Below are positions 38,401 through 47,579 of a stretch of DNA of 64,000 nucleotides, one piece after another (position 1 is the stretch's first letter; each line of letters opens with the position of its first letter). Under the pieces are notes generated by a model, which searched no databases, was not told where the DNA came from, and saw nothing but the letters and a program-made list of their open reading frames with translations. Location: the NCBI GenBank assembly GCA_964012805.1, contig CAXGUD010000018.1:1-64000 (forward strand), read 5' to 3'. The translations under genes were made by a program, and so were the position numbers. The DNA is from an uncultured Bacteriovoracaceae bacterium (GTDB lineage: Bacteria; Bdellovibrionota; Bacteriovoracia; Bacteriovoracales; Bacteriovoracaceae).

Positions 38401-38566
38401 TGGCACCTGGGTATAGTGCAGTGACTTGTATGACTCCAAAGTCTAAGTCTTGACTCATGTCTCTATTTAGAGTTCCAAGGGAGTAAATTCCCATGGAAAA
38501 AATAAGAATAAGGAGCATATTCGAGAGGATGTTGTTTTGTACTATAGAATTTAAAATATTCCTCAT
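35486..38566 (-). CDS. RND (AcrB-family) transporter permease
   Basis: 1026 aa; YPGAS..E.E; GIIVDDAIII; GVVVNDSLV; R...ILTTLTT..GLLP. Confidence 0.93.
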   Translation of the reverse strand: MRNILNSIVQNNILSNMLLILIFSMGIYSLGTLNRDMSQDLDFGVIQVTALYPGASTQEMEIKIANKVEDKLKDIEGITRYISIIYEGYARVVIWLDLQRSDLEKVKDKIREKVNSITDFPKEMKAAPTIEEPSFSSMPFLKVGLYSEDKEFLRNFSLKLKDKIESLKKIQEVISLGIPDEEFKILLDVNKLKQLNVTTLDIFDKLSRENLRSYLGRVENGGDYTNIIFNEKINSVGKLKNLTVRSNFSGKSVKLKHLAKVYLGYKKETKYAYPNGKEGVFFGVLKTGGSDIINLTQDVKDLIKKEMALNPDKKIKVEYLGERGKHIKNRFQIVRTNAAVGITLVCISLLIFLNFNISFWVAVGVPFTLFGVLSFMSFKGYVLDSLSMAAMILTTGIIVDDAIIIAESIHKHFHEYGKDKLTATIDGVAEVFKPVLTTLVSTFLAFAPLFYMTGSIGKFVYIVPWTISLALIFSLLECTFILPYHIYSGLNEKNQKKEPLIEKILRPFEKVLQKFIEKAIKFRYIFAIFFLLLFYLSLELANKRLKFVLFPDDNAEGIIINFDFDKKVKLEGIHEQIKFLPKILDKYRPNNIESYDLQSGLFREQMFENPSPNVASVRIDLAAQESRTLTARQVKDKIAEDVKKFLSENKRDITSSRYLMVTNGPPVGFPVNIRVIGKDNEKRDRLAKEIEDYIKTLDGVSGFWNSSTDLKKEYRLKLNKPLMERLGISSDMLVRTLQVGLIGDSSQNVTINNKKVEFKMELNEEFKSERSILDLRVRNQRGKEIEIGQFARFEKINSVPFVQHYNGSPFTTILATRLDLKKLSPIEVQQKVIKKFEQKDSELSLDFGGEVKDTQNSVIDLKKSALASLLLIYLLMALLFQSYLQPFYVILSIPMGIIGVIFAFTVHDQAFSMFAGLGTVGMFGVVVNDSLVVIDAINRAREKKGNLKEAIAFGVSERLKAVILTTLTTVAGLLPLGLGVGGIDMFLSPMAISMGYGILFGTPMILVLIPVSYAIGEDLKKLFRAS

Positions 38567-38622
38567 GAACTTTTTCCAAACAAAGAAATTGGTTAAGCGG
38601 TTATTATTTGATTCTAAATTTT

Positions 38623-38649
38623 TTATCGGAAAAGGGAAAAGAGAAATGA
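38623..38649 (-). promoter_or_regulatory. Putative sigma28-type promoter of the RND gene
   Basis: TCAT-N15-TCCGATAA. Confidence 0.5.
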
Positions 38650-38733
38650 AACTAAAGTTAGAGTTTTAGAGAAATAAGTGTTTGAATCTAAATGGAAAAC
38701 ACTGAAGTGGTTGGAAAATATTGGCGGACTAAT

Positions 38734-38859
38734 TTAGTTAAGAGTTCTGCCTGGGTGACAATAAAACCCTCTCCAAATGTGGCACTTTTTTTTACTTGCA
38801 CAACTCGAAAGAATCACAAGTAGTATTGAGGCAGTTAGAATTTTTTTAAACGTTTTCAT
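38734..38859 (-). CDS. Small lipoprotein (41 aa) MKTFKKILTASILLVILSSCASKKKCHIWRGFYCHPGRTLN
   Basis: Translated by hand; GGAAGG SD; basic n-region, hydrophobic h-region, lipobox LSSC; not in the ORF track. Confidence 0.75.
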   Translation of the reverse strand: MKTFKKILTASILLVILSSCASKKKCHIWRGFYCHPGRTLN

Positions 38860-39073
38860 TTAGGTTACCTTCCCAATAAAGGGTCTTTTTAATGAAGATT
38901 TTTTTTGAATTAGTGAAATCCCATGGGAAAAGGGCTTTGACAATAAATCTTTAAATTGGGGTATCAAAACAAAAAAAATTACATGGTTAGATTAGGCTTA
39001 ATTAGGTTTAAAAACCAAAAGGCATCTTGATAAATAAACTTTATTTAATTAATGAGGGAAAACACAAGAATAA

Positions 39074-39610
39074 CTACAGGTAGTCTTTTATATGGAGACC
39101 AATTAAAAGTCGAAGAGATTTTTCAAGAGCGTTATGTGATTCTACGATTAACCCGAATCCATATTTTTTATAGATATCAATATCTAAACCGACACCTAAA
39201 TTATGGCCACCATCTACCCTTGTTAGCTTTTTATAAGCACCTATACCTAGAGAAGCTTCAACATAAAAAAAAGGTTGAACAAAAGATTTTTTATAATAAT
39301 CTAATGGGTAAATTTGACCACCAATCGAAAACTCACCTTGTACATATTCTTTAGCTACGCCTAAATTAAAAGAAGTAGAGTATTTAAGAATATTTCCACC
39401 GTATAAAAAAGTTTTAAAAAGTAACCCAGGATCAAGTCTTGTTCCTTCTCCTGGTGTCTCCTGTCCTAACAAAAGTTTAATGTTATACTGGTTTGGCTTT
39501 TTGCTTTGTTCTTCTCTATCGGCCGGTAGGGATTCTTCTGCCTGTAAAAAATTTAAGTTGAGAATTAGGGCACCAAAAAAGTAAACTAGAAGTAATTTTA
39601 ATTTTATCAC
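39074..39610 (-). CDS. Hypothetical exported protein, probable small beta-barrel
   Basis: Signal peptide; alternating Gly/aromatic strands (QPFFYVEASLG, NLGVGLD). Confidence 0.6.
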   Translation of the reverse strand: MIKLKLLLVYFFGALILNLNFLQAEESLPADREEQSKKPNQYNIKLLLGQETPGEGTRLDPGLLFKTFLYGGNILKYSTSFNLGVAKEYVQGEFSIGGQIYPLDYYKKSFVQPFFYVEASLGIGAYKKLTRVDGGHNLGVGLDIDIYKKYGFGLIVESHNALEKSLRLLIGLHIKDYL

Positions 39611-39637
39611 GCACGCCTCGTTGGATAGTATATATCT

Positions 39638-40894
39638 ATGGAGACCTATCGGAAAAACCTGTTTTACAAATTAGTAACCATCAAAATTACTCTACTTTTT
39701 CTCCTTTTGTGGTCAAAAAACTCTTTTTCATATGATATTCAGTCCAGGTCAAAACTCTTAGACGATAAGTTTGAAGCGCAAAAAAGTTGGGTTCAGGAAA
39801 GGGATAATGACTATTTTATAGACATTAACTTTAGAAACTCGAGTTCTATGCAGAAATTTTTAGAGTCTTTAAGCAGTAATTTTAAAGATGATTTGTCAGC
39901 ACAGTCTTTTTTAATTGCTAACGATAAAACTGAAAAAAATGTTGGAATTAACTTGTCGCTAAATATTCCTCTTCCATCTTTTTCTATTTTTAATAGAACC
40001 ATACATTCATCTTTTTTTTGCCATTCAAAAGTAAATTATTTTCAGGCAATTATAAGTACTGATTTGGATTGTGGAATGATCGCCTTATTAATTCCACCAG
40101 GCCTTCCATCAGAAATAAAAGATCTTTTTACTTGTAGCTATTACAATTCTCTTTCTCCAGGAGATGATCTAATTGCCAATATGCCTGGTTTATCTGCAGT
40201 AATTAAAACGGCTTATTCAGGAAAATTTTATAAGCCATTAATAGAGGGGACACCTTACTTTCACTTATTCACTGAGGCCAAATTAAATTTAGGCCTTAAT
40301 TTATCCTTTCCTTTTAGAGAGAACTTTGTTTTTCGTTTTAAAATTTACGCTTCGCCAGAGGCAGCGATGAAGGCCATGTTGTCTTATTCAAGTTTGAAAG
40401 GAGGGGTAGGGGACTCTAATTTATTTACTCCTTCTTTAGAGTCTTTTTTAAAGGGAAATCTTTCAATTAATTATGAACTAGATAATTTGCAAGTCGGTGC
40501 TGAATTAAATGATTTTATTTTAAAAAGCATTGTCACTCAGGATGCTAGTGCTGCCTCAAAAATGAAGAAAGCTCCCTTAGTGAATTTTTACGTTAAGAAG
40601 GGGTTTAGGTTAGGAAATATTAAGGCCAGGTCTTTTTTTGGTTATCATTGGAGAAGTTTATACAAACTTTATGAAGGTGTTTACTTTGGCAGTGATTTTA
40701 CTATCCCTTTAGATGTAAAGAGTTTTAACTTAATCTTTAAAGGTGCTTTTGACCCTGAGTATTATTCGACCTCTCTCCTTTTAGCAAGCTCCCTTGTTGA
40801 TATAGGAGTTAAGGCAAAATATCCAATAAGGGTAAAGTCTAATGATATAGAGCTGACTCCACTCTATAACTTTCATTTAAACATTCACTTTTAA
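39638..40894 (+). CDS. Hypothetical outer-membrane beta-barrel protein
   Basis: Signal-like N-terminus; amphipathic strands; C-terminal YNFHLNIHF. Confidence 0.6.
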   Translation: METYRKNLFYKLVTIKITLLFLLLWSKNSFSYDIQSRSKLLDDKFEAQKSWVQERDNDYFIDINFRNSSSMQKFLESLSSNFKDDLSAQSFLIANDKTEKNVGINLSLNIPLPSFSIFNRTIHSSFFCHSKVNYFQAIISTDLDCGMIALLIPPGLPSEIKDLFTCSYYNSLSPGDDLIANMPGLSAVIKTAYSGKFYKPLIEGTPYFHLFTEAKLNLGLNLSFPFRENFVFRFKIYASPEAAMKAMLSYSSLKGGVGDSNLFTPSLESFLKGNLSINYELDNLQVGAELNDFILKSIVTQDASAASKMKKAPLVNFYVKKGFRLGNIKARSFFGYHWRSLYKLYEGVYFGSDFTIPLDVKSFNLIFKGAFDPEYYSTSLLLASSLVDIGVKAKYPIRVKSNDIELTPLYNFHLNIHF

Positions 40895-40925
40895 GAAAAT
40901 TTCCATTCCACCGATCTACTCATTT

Positions 40926-41306
40926 ATGAAAACAAGCAACTTGTCTTTTATTTTGGTTTTGCTATTTGTGAGTTTTTCACTAGAAATTAATGCAAATGGT
41001 ATTAAGGACAATCAAGAATTTACTCTTAAGGTAATAGGACTTGAGCAAACCGATTATGAGTATATATTTAGACTCAAGCAGGAGAGTATCTTTCCTAAGG
41101 TAAACCTAGATTGTCAATCCTTTTTCAATGGCCTTCATTTTTTGTCGAAAGAAGAAAAAATTATTGATAGGATTGATTTAGACAGTCATGAATGTGAACA
41201 GCTTTTTCTGATGATACAGAAGATGGAAGGGAAGTCACTATGCCTCAATGTCCAACTTGTGAAAGGGGACCTTTCTATAGATCAAAGTGGTTCAAGTTGC
41301 CTTTAA
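40926..41306 (+). CDS. Hypothetical secreted protein
   Basis: Signal peptide, four Cys; TTAA-N15-ACCGATCT at 40891-40917 just upstream. Confidence 0.65.
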   Translation: MKTSNLSFILVLLFVSFSLEINANGIKDNQEFTLKVIGLEQTDYEYIFRLKQESIFPKVNLDCQSFFNGLHFLSKEEKIIDRIDLDSHECEQLFLMIQKMEGKSLCLNVQLVKGDLSIDQSGSSCL

Positions 41307-41377
41307 TAATATATTAAGGTGCCTTTTTCTAATGAATTGAATCGAAATTAAATGGAATTATATAAAAGGACCAAAAA

Positions 41378-42133
41378 ATGGAGTTAGAAAACCTTAATTT
41401 CTTTTTAATTAGAGGACTAGGTCGGGAAATACGTCATTGGGGGAAATTTAGTAAACTGTTGGAAAAAGAATGTTCTTTTTTGTACTGCTTGGAGTTACCA
41501 GGCTTTGGAAAGAAAGCTGATAAAATATCTCCTAGAACAGTTCATGGTTGTGTTCTTGAACTAAGAAAAGAGTATTTAAAGGTAAAAGCAAGTTATGGTG
41601 AAAACAATGAGTCTGTCTTATGTTCAATTTCTTTAGGAGGAATGATTGCCTTAGAGTGGTTGCGGGCCTTTCCGGATGACTTTAAGTGTGGAGTTATAAT
41701 GAATACAAGTGCAGGTAATATTTCTTCCCTTTTAAAAAGAATAAGGGTCGAAGGACTATTAAATTTGGCAAAGGCAATCAAAGAAGAAGATAAAAGAGAA
41801 AGGGAGAGGAATACTTTTCGTTTAGTTTCAAATAGAACTGTTGATGAAAAGATTGTGGATGAGTGGAGTCACTATGCAGAAGAAATCGCACCTGATAAAA
41901 AAAATTTTTTCCGTCAACTCCAAGTAGCTTTTTCGTTTAAGGTTTCAAGTTCTATTCAAGTTCCTATCCTCTTTTTAGCTTCAAAAAGGGACAGGATGGT
42001 AGATTCTAAATGTTCAGAAGATTTGGCCTCCTATTTAAATGCATCCATTGAATTTCATCTTGATGCAGGCCATGATTTGACTCTTGATGATCCAAAGTGG
42101 GTGATAAAGAAAATGAGAGATTTTGATTTATAA
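41378..42133 (+). CDS. Alpha/beta hydrolase
   Basis: RGL.RE..HW, LPGFG, nucleophile elbow SISLGG, DRMV, AGHD. Confidence 0.85.
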   Translation: MELENLNFFLIRGLGREIRHWGKFSKLLEKECSFLYCLELPGFGKKADKISPRTVHGCVLELRKEYLKVKASYGENNESVLCSISLGGMIALEWLRAFPDDFKCGVIMNTSAGNISSLLKRIRVEGLLNLAKAIKEEDKRERERNTFRLVSNRTVDEKIVDEWSHYAEEIAPDKKNFFRQLQVAFSFKVSSSIQVPILFLASKRDRMVDSKCSEDLASYLNASIEFHLDAGHDLTLDDPKWVIKKMRDFDL

Positions 42134-42344
42134 CTGAATTTTTTTACAGATGCCGTTGAAAATTACTTTTTCTTCATTTCCAATTGAAAGTTGATCGTGA
42201 AAGTCGCACTTAATGTGACTCTTCTTTTTCTTCCCTTACAAAAGCCTATTGGATGATAAAGTTATTCGGGTTATGGTTAAAAGAGTAAAGGTTCTAAATT
42301 ATTTTTATTCTTAGGTAAAATACGAAACTGAAAAAGGAAAAAAC

Positions 42345-43298
42345 ATGAAGGTTATGGTTATACTCATGCTTTTGTTTACATTAACTTCCTCCTTGACCGC
42401 TCAATCTGAAGTGTATAAAGGTAGTCAATTTGCCAAAGTATGGAAAGTGATAAAAAGTGATCGGTACCGAGGCGATTTCCCTCTTACAAAAGTAACTGCT
42501 TTGGATTTTGGCTTTTTAGCAAGACATATCAAAAAAGATTCAAAAAGAGTTGTTATAGATAAAAGTGATTTAAAAAAAGAATTTAAAAAAAGAATTCATG
42601 CAAATGGGACATGCCTCAAAGGAACTTGGAATATTACAAAAAAAACAAAATTTACAGGCCTTTTTGAAAAGGGAGCCGTTGGTATGATAATAGCCAGGGC
42701 ATCAACATCTTTAACTGCTGTTTCTAGTCTAAGTAAGGATGTAAGGTTTTTAGGGATGGCCGGAAAGGTTTATCCAACAAAAGATCCAAACTCTATGAAG
42801 TACTTGAAAACTGCAAACTTTCTTTTACTTGAAGATTTTGGAGGTAGTAGAACCAAGTCTTTTCTCGAGGCCACTTTATCAAATAACCCGGACCGAACAA
42901 TTCACAAGGAGTTGGCCACATTAGCAAAAGGTCCTGTAGCACTTGCTTTAAAAGTTGCATTCAATAAAGCTGATAAAAATGCAGACATAAGGCAATTATA
43001 CCAGTTTTCTGAGATGGGTTTAAAGGACCCAAAAAAGGCGATTACTCCAAAATATTTGGAGCTAAAGGGTAGGAAGAGGGAAATAAAGAGAATTCCTGAT
43101 TTTAGGCACGAGCTTAATATAGAAAACTATAGAAATGGAATCCATTATGACATTTTTATTAGCAACGATGATAAAAAGAAAAAGTGGATGAAGGTTGGAT
43201 ATATTCACTTTGATGATAGCGTTACATCAAAAAGTTGTGATAGAAGACTTCACTTTTATCATCCAATATGGAGGGAAGATATAAATCATGGAGCGTGA
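42345..43298 (+). CDS. Secreted protein with catalase-like core
   Basis: Signal peptide; RIHANG.C.KG.W, TGLF, ARAS, GMAGK and ANF correspond to the catalase distal barrel. Confidence 0.55.
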   Translation: MKVMVILMLLFTLTSSLTAQSEVYKGSQFAKVWKVIKSDRYRGDFPLTKVTALDFGFLARHIKKDSKRVVIDKSDLKKEFKKRIHANGTCLKGTWNITKKTKFTGLFEKGAVGMIIARASTSLTAVSSLSKDVRFLGMAGKVYPTKDPNSMKYLKTANFLLLEDFGGSRTKSFLEATLSNNPDRTIHKELATLAKGPVALALKVAFNKADKNADIRQLYQFSEMGLKDPKKAITPKYLELKGRKREIKRIPDFRHELNIENYRNGIHYDIFISNDDKKKKWMKVGYIHFDDSVTSKSCDRRLHFYHPIWREDINHGA

Positions 43299-43382
43299 TC
43301 CTTTTATAATCTTTAATTTATATGATTCGGCCCCCACCATGCCGACCAATGGTTTTTCTTTTTTTAAAAAAATGGAAAGAAA

Positions 43383-43831
43383 ATAAAAATTTTTTCATTT
43401 AATATTCCTGTTTACTTTGTTTTTATGGGTATGGCCTGGGTATCTGCCCATAAGCTTTCTCTTGTCATTATAAATCTACAAAAGATTCCGACGAAAGGCT
43501 TTTTAACCATATTTTTAGGTACATTTTTTAGCTTTTAGTTTGGGGCAAAATTATTTTTTTTTGATCATTTCATCAGGTGATAATTTTATTACTCACCTAA
43601 AATCAATTAATTTTTGGCTTGGTGGAGGCCTTTTTTTTTGGGAGGGGTATGATATTTATATCCCTCTTTGTCACTTTTTATTGCCATTATTTAAAAAAAT
43701 TTAATCTCTACTCTTTTTATTAAGCTTATAAGGGGTGATTATATAGGAGGTGTATATTTTGGTCTTTCAATTTCTCTACTTATTTGGATGGTTTTAATAT
43801 ATTTTTTCTTTAAAAAATATAGAATCTCATA
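43383..43831 (+). pseudogene. lgt: Decayed prolipoprotein diacylglyceryl transferase remnant
   Basis: Fragments IPVYFVFMGMAW, GAKLFF, FWLGGG(L)..GG and FFI..IRGD..GLS.S; in-frame TAG at 43536, frameshifts in poly-T runs, central part missing; ends approximate. Confidence 0.65.
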
Positions 43832-43945
43832 AAAATTGTTTAAATTTTATTTTTACCATATTGTTTAAAAAAAATAAAAATTGAAAGCCTAAGGCTATAA
43901 TGTTTCTATTGTGGCCTAACTCGGAAAAAAATAAGAGGTGTTTGT

Positions 43946-44407
43946 ATGAGTTCAAAAATAACGTTTATGTGGAAAGAGGAAAACTCCCAGGACTCAGATT
44001 TAGTTAAATAATTTGTCGATGCTGTTTCAAAAGGGATTGAGTATTCAATAACTGATGAAGATATTAAAATTGAAGTAGCGCAAAGTGACCGCTTAATAGA
44101 TTTTAGTATCCTTGTTATGATAGAGAAAAAATTAGATGAATTAAAAGGAGAGTTAACCCTCAATAAATGGAAAACATTGGAGCCCGCTCATGAAGGCGTT
44201 GATAATTCGAAAATATTTTCAGAACCAGGCAATACAATTAAACTAGAAATGTTTTATGATGAAGAAGGAAGAGACTTATCAATTTTTTCTTACCTTCACT
44301 TTTATAGACCAACGGAAGACTCAGAAAGTAAAAGGGGTCAGCTGGAAGTTGAAGGAAAAGCTCTCGGTAAAGTATTTTTAAAAGGATTGGCTTTTCTAAG
44401 AGACTGA
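43946..44407 (+). pseudogene. Hypothetical 153-codon gene with one in-frame TAA
   Basis: AGAGG SD and ATG at 43946 in frame with the ORF at 44117; a single TAA at 44009-44011 and the frame is otherwise open. Confidence 0.65.
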
Positions 44408-44432
44408 ATTAAGTATAGTGTCAAAAAAAATA

Positions 44433-45938
44433 TTAATTGTTTTTAATTTTTAAACTCTTTTCTAAAGATAAGAGCTCTTCAAGAAAGTGATTTCTCCCAT
44501 TTCTAATGATATAAGGTATCTCTTTGGTATTCAAAAATGCATTCTTATTTAAAATAAGATCTAATCCCAAAATATCAACATCTGGATTTGATTTTAATTC
44601 GTCTAATGTCTTTTCAATTTTCTTATCAAGTGACTTGTCTAAAAGAAGAATTTTTTTATAAATAAAAGTAAGGTTTTTTTTTGAAAAGAAATGGGAGATA
44701 GCTTTTGATTCTCTAAATCTTGAATTTAAATTAATATAAAATATTTTTAATTTCTTTTTATCTGGATTAACTTTTTTTTCTGCCATGAACTTTTTAAAAG
44801 GCAAAATTAAGGGTATTTCCTCACTCAAAGCTCCGTCAAAAAAAGTATAACTACCTTCAGGATAATGTTTAACAATCGGCTTCATTATTAAAGGAATACA
44901 TGAAGAAGCACAAATCGATTCAAAGGGTTCGGCCTCCTTGAGAAATGAACTACATTCAGGGGGAATCCATTTTTTTTCTGTAAGGGCCATCATTTCCTTT
45001 TGAAAAGGAGTACTAACAAGAGAAAAAAAAGGTATATCGTTTAATTTAATATTTTCTTTCTTTTCTGTTCTATTTTTTTCATTGTCAAAAGCTAATTGAA
45101 GAGTTTTTTGTAGTTCAACTATTCCGATAAGTTCACTTAATTTTTTTCCTTGAATTTGTTTCGTAAAAGTTTTAAATGAATTGAAAAGGTCACCTTTTAT
45201 AATAAAATCTTCGTGTCTTTCGTTGTAAAAATCGAAACATATTTTTTCAATAAATAAGGGTGGAATTCCATAGGCATAGTAACCTCCAATAATAGAGCCT
45301 CCTGAGCATCCCCAAAGTTCATCTATATTTTTTCTGATATCAAGAAAATCAAATATTTTTAAAACTGTCGGTATAGCATGGGCCCTAAGTCCTCCACCAC
45401 CTAGACTCAGTATTATTGTTGCATCTTCATCATTGAACCACCTTTTTAGATTGGATAAGTTATCTTCAAACTTTATTTTTCTAAACCGTTCCTTGCTTAG
45501 ATGAATTTTCCAAAAATAATTTCTCGTCCCATTTAAGATATCAAAAGAAAAAACATGTTTATCAAATTTCCTTATTTGCTTTGAATAAGCACTTAACTTT
45601 AGATCTCTTCCCAGGTATTCTACTTGAACATTTTTGTCTGCGTCTAAAAATAAATACAGATCTTGAATGGTGTTATCAGGAATCGGGTCATGGAGATAAG
45701 ATTTTAGAGAAAAATAAATTCTTTTTTTAAGGTCAGATTTAGTCTCATCTGGAATAAGGCCTTCTTTGAAAAAAGCTGTTTTAAAAGAATTAGGACGCCT
45801 TTTAATTTCAAGGTAAGTGTTTTCACTAAACTGGTAAACTTCGCCTTTTTCAAAAAGGAAAGGCTTTATATCAGGATTTTTAATAATAAAGCCTTCCATA
45901 AGGCTTTTTGTCATCTTAAAATATTTCATCCGAGCCAA
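44433..45938 (-). CDS. Patatin-like phospholipase with N-terminal extension
   Basis: GGGGLR, GCSGG, ASSCIP, DGA. Confidence 0.88.
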   Translation of the reverse strand: MARMKYFKMTKSLMEGFIIKNPDIKPFLFEKGEVYQFSENTYLEIKRRPNSFKTAFFKEGLIPDETKSDLKKRIYFSLKSYLHDPIPDNTIQDLYLFLDADKNVQVEYLGRDLKLSAYSKQIRKFDKHVFSFDILNGTRNYFWKIHLSKERFRKIKFEDNLSNLKRWFNDEDATIILSLGGGGLRAHAIPTVLKIFDFLDIRKNIDELWGCSGGSIIGGYYAYGIPPLFIEKICFDFYNERHEDFIIKGDLFNSFKTFTKQIQGKKLSELIGIVELQKTLQLAFDNEKNRTEKKENIKLNDIPFFSLVSTPFQKEMMALTEKKWIPPECSSFLKEAEPFESICASSCIPLIMKPIVKHYPEGSYTFFDGALSEEIPLILPFKKFMAEKKVNPDKKKLKIFYINLNSRFRESKAISHFFSKKNLTFIYKKILLLDKSLDKKIEKTLDELKSNPDVDILGLDLILNKNAFLNTKEIPYIIRNGRNHFLEELLSLEKSLKIKNN

Positions 45939-46003
45939 AATCGGTACGAAATTAGATTAATTGTAGATTTGAGATCATCTTCTTTTTTTTGGGTAGGATT
46001 TTC

Positions 46004-46417
46004 TTATTCTAGATACTTTTCGTTAGAAAAGTAATATTGCGAAAAGATAACTGCCAATAATATATCAGAGATAAAAATTGGCCAGTTTTCTCTTTCTAAA
46101 CTCATACCAATAAGAAGCATAAAAAGGCATAAAAGTCCTATAAAACCTCTTTTTTTCCAATAAATGAGCTCATAAGCAAAGAAGCAAAGGCCACCATCAA
46201 TAAGTAAAAATATGAGGTGTTTCCAAATAGATTGGTCAAGAAACTCTTTGTAGGAAGGACCTAAAAAGTTTTGTATCATATTTGGATCAAGAAAATGAAA
46301 AATAATTCCTGGGACATATAAAAGAAAAATAGTTGCATGGAGAATGATTCCGGACCAAAGCAAGAAAGTGATATCGACTCTTCTTTTTGGTAAAATTTCA
46401 TTATCTTCTGAAGGCAT
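46004..46417 (-). CDS. Hypothetical membrane protein
   Basis: About four hydrophobic segments; AGGGGG SD. Confidence 0.65.
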   Translation of the reverse strand: MPSEDNEILPKRRVDITFLLWSGIILHATIFLLYVPGIIFHFLDPNMIQNFLGPSYKEFLDQSIWKHLIFLLIDGGLCFFAYELIYWKKRGFIGLLCLFMLLIGMSLERENWPIFISDILLAVIFSQYYFSNEKYLE

Positions 46418-46515
46418 TTTTTTGTTCCCCCTTTTCGCTTTATTTTATATGAAATGACAAGAATTTCAAATTCTTTTGAAAAGGAAGATCAAATTTGATG
46501 GTTACTCTAGGAGAA

Positions 46516-46905
46516 CTACTTTTCTTTGGTTGTTAAACTTTCAATCCTTTGCAGAAAATTACTATATCCTATATTTTTCTTTTCCATGAATTTAATGTGT
46601 TTCTCTTTTTTAAACTGGATTCTAAGTTCTTTATTAATATTCGCACTTAAAAATAATACTGGTGTCTTGTCTTTAGAAGTCATTTCTAAATTTTTAAGAA
46701 GGTCGATAACTTGATCACCACTTTTATCACCTTCTAAATGTAAGTCGGCAATAACAAGGTCAAAGTTGTGGTTTTTATCATTAAAATGGTTTTTAATAGC
46801 ATCAGTGCCTGATGAACAAGTATCTGTTTGAATATTTGCTTTATTTAGCCAATGAGTATAGAGCTTGACCATTGAATCGTCATCTTCAAGTATTAGAAAT
46901 CTCAT
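46516..46905 (-). CDS. Single-domain response regulator
   Basis: LILEDD, IADLHL, LSA and conserved Lys; start at the ATG with GAGG SD; CTAG-N15-ACCGATAC at 46962-46988. Confidence 0.85.
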   Translation of the reverse strand: MRFLILEDDDSMVKLYTHWLNKANIQTDTCSSGTDAIKNHFNDKNHNFDLVIADLHLEGDKSGDQVIDLLKNLEMTSKDKTPVLFLSANINKELRIQFKKEKHIKFMEKKNIGYSNFLQRIESLTTKEK

Positions 46906-47232
46906 GTAAGCCTCACTATTTTGTATCATTCTAATAAAATAACATGGCACTCCTTTGAGAAGTATCGGTTTTTAACTGAAGAACCTAGATAAAATTTAAA
47001 CCATATTCATTTTTTACATCCATTTAATTTTTTTCTTATTTTTTTCATTGAAATAAAATGAACATTTTTAGTTTATCTATTTAAAAATGTTAGATTATCG
47101 CCTTTAAAAAATTATCTTTTAAATAAACTTTATTGATAAAAAGCTTTATTTGAAATTTTGTCTGAAAGAATAAATTTAGCCTTTATAATATTAATGGCGA
47201 AGCTTTTTATTTTTCTTTGGAATAATTGAAAA

Positions 47233-47556
47233 ATGAAAAACAAAAAAAAATTAAATTTTTTGATTTTTACTACTTTGATTTTTATCTTCTTTGATATTCG
47301 GCTTGCACTGACTCAGGCAATTGAGTTTAAAGGAGAAGTTCCTTTATATGAAAAAAACACAATCGTAAGCAAACCATCAAAAAAAGTTCGTGGCTTTTGG
47401 AAAAATTGGAGGGCAACTTGTATAACTTCTAGAGGAGCAATTTTGAAACAACACAATAACGGTTTTAGGGACTGTATGGATAATACAGGCCCAGATTCTA
47501 GTCCTAGAAACAATGTAAAAAAGTCTCTGGACTTTATAATTCAAATTAAATTTTGA
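47233..47556 (+). CDS. Hypothetical small secreted protein
   Basis: Signal-like N-terminus, two Cys. Confidence 0.5.
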   Translation: MKNKKKLNFLIFTTLIFIFFDIRLALTQAIEFKGEVPLYEKNTIVSKPSKKVRGFWKNWRATCITSRGAILKQHNNGFRDCMDNTGPDSSPRNNVKKSLDFIIQIKF

Positions 47557-47579
47557 GTAATATTGGTGAGCTAGGAGGT

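Noticed and set aside
38780..38800. TGGCAC...TTGCA sigma54-like motif
   Set aside because: GG-to-GC spacing is 15 nt instead of 10, and it lies antisense within the small lipoprotein ORF
38981..39010. ATTAGGCTTA/ATTAGGTTTA 10-nt direct repeats
   Set aside because: Only two good copies in AT-rich DNA; not distinguishable from chance
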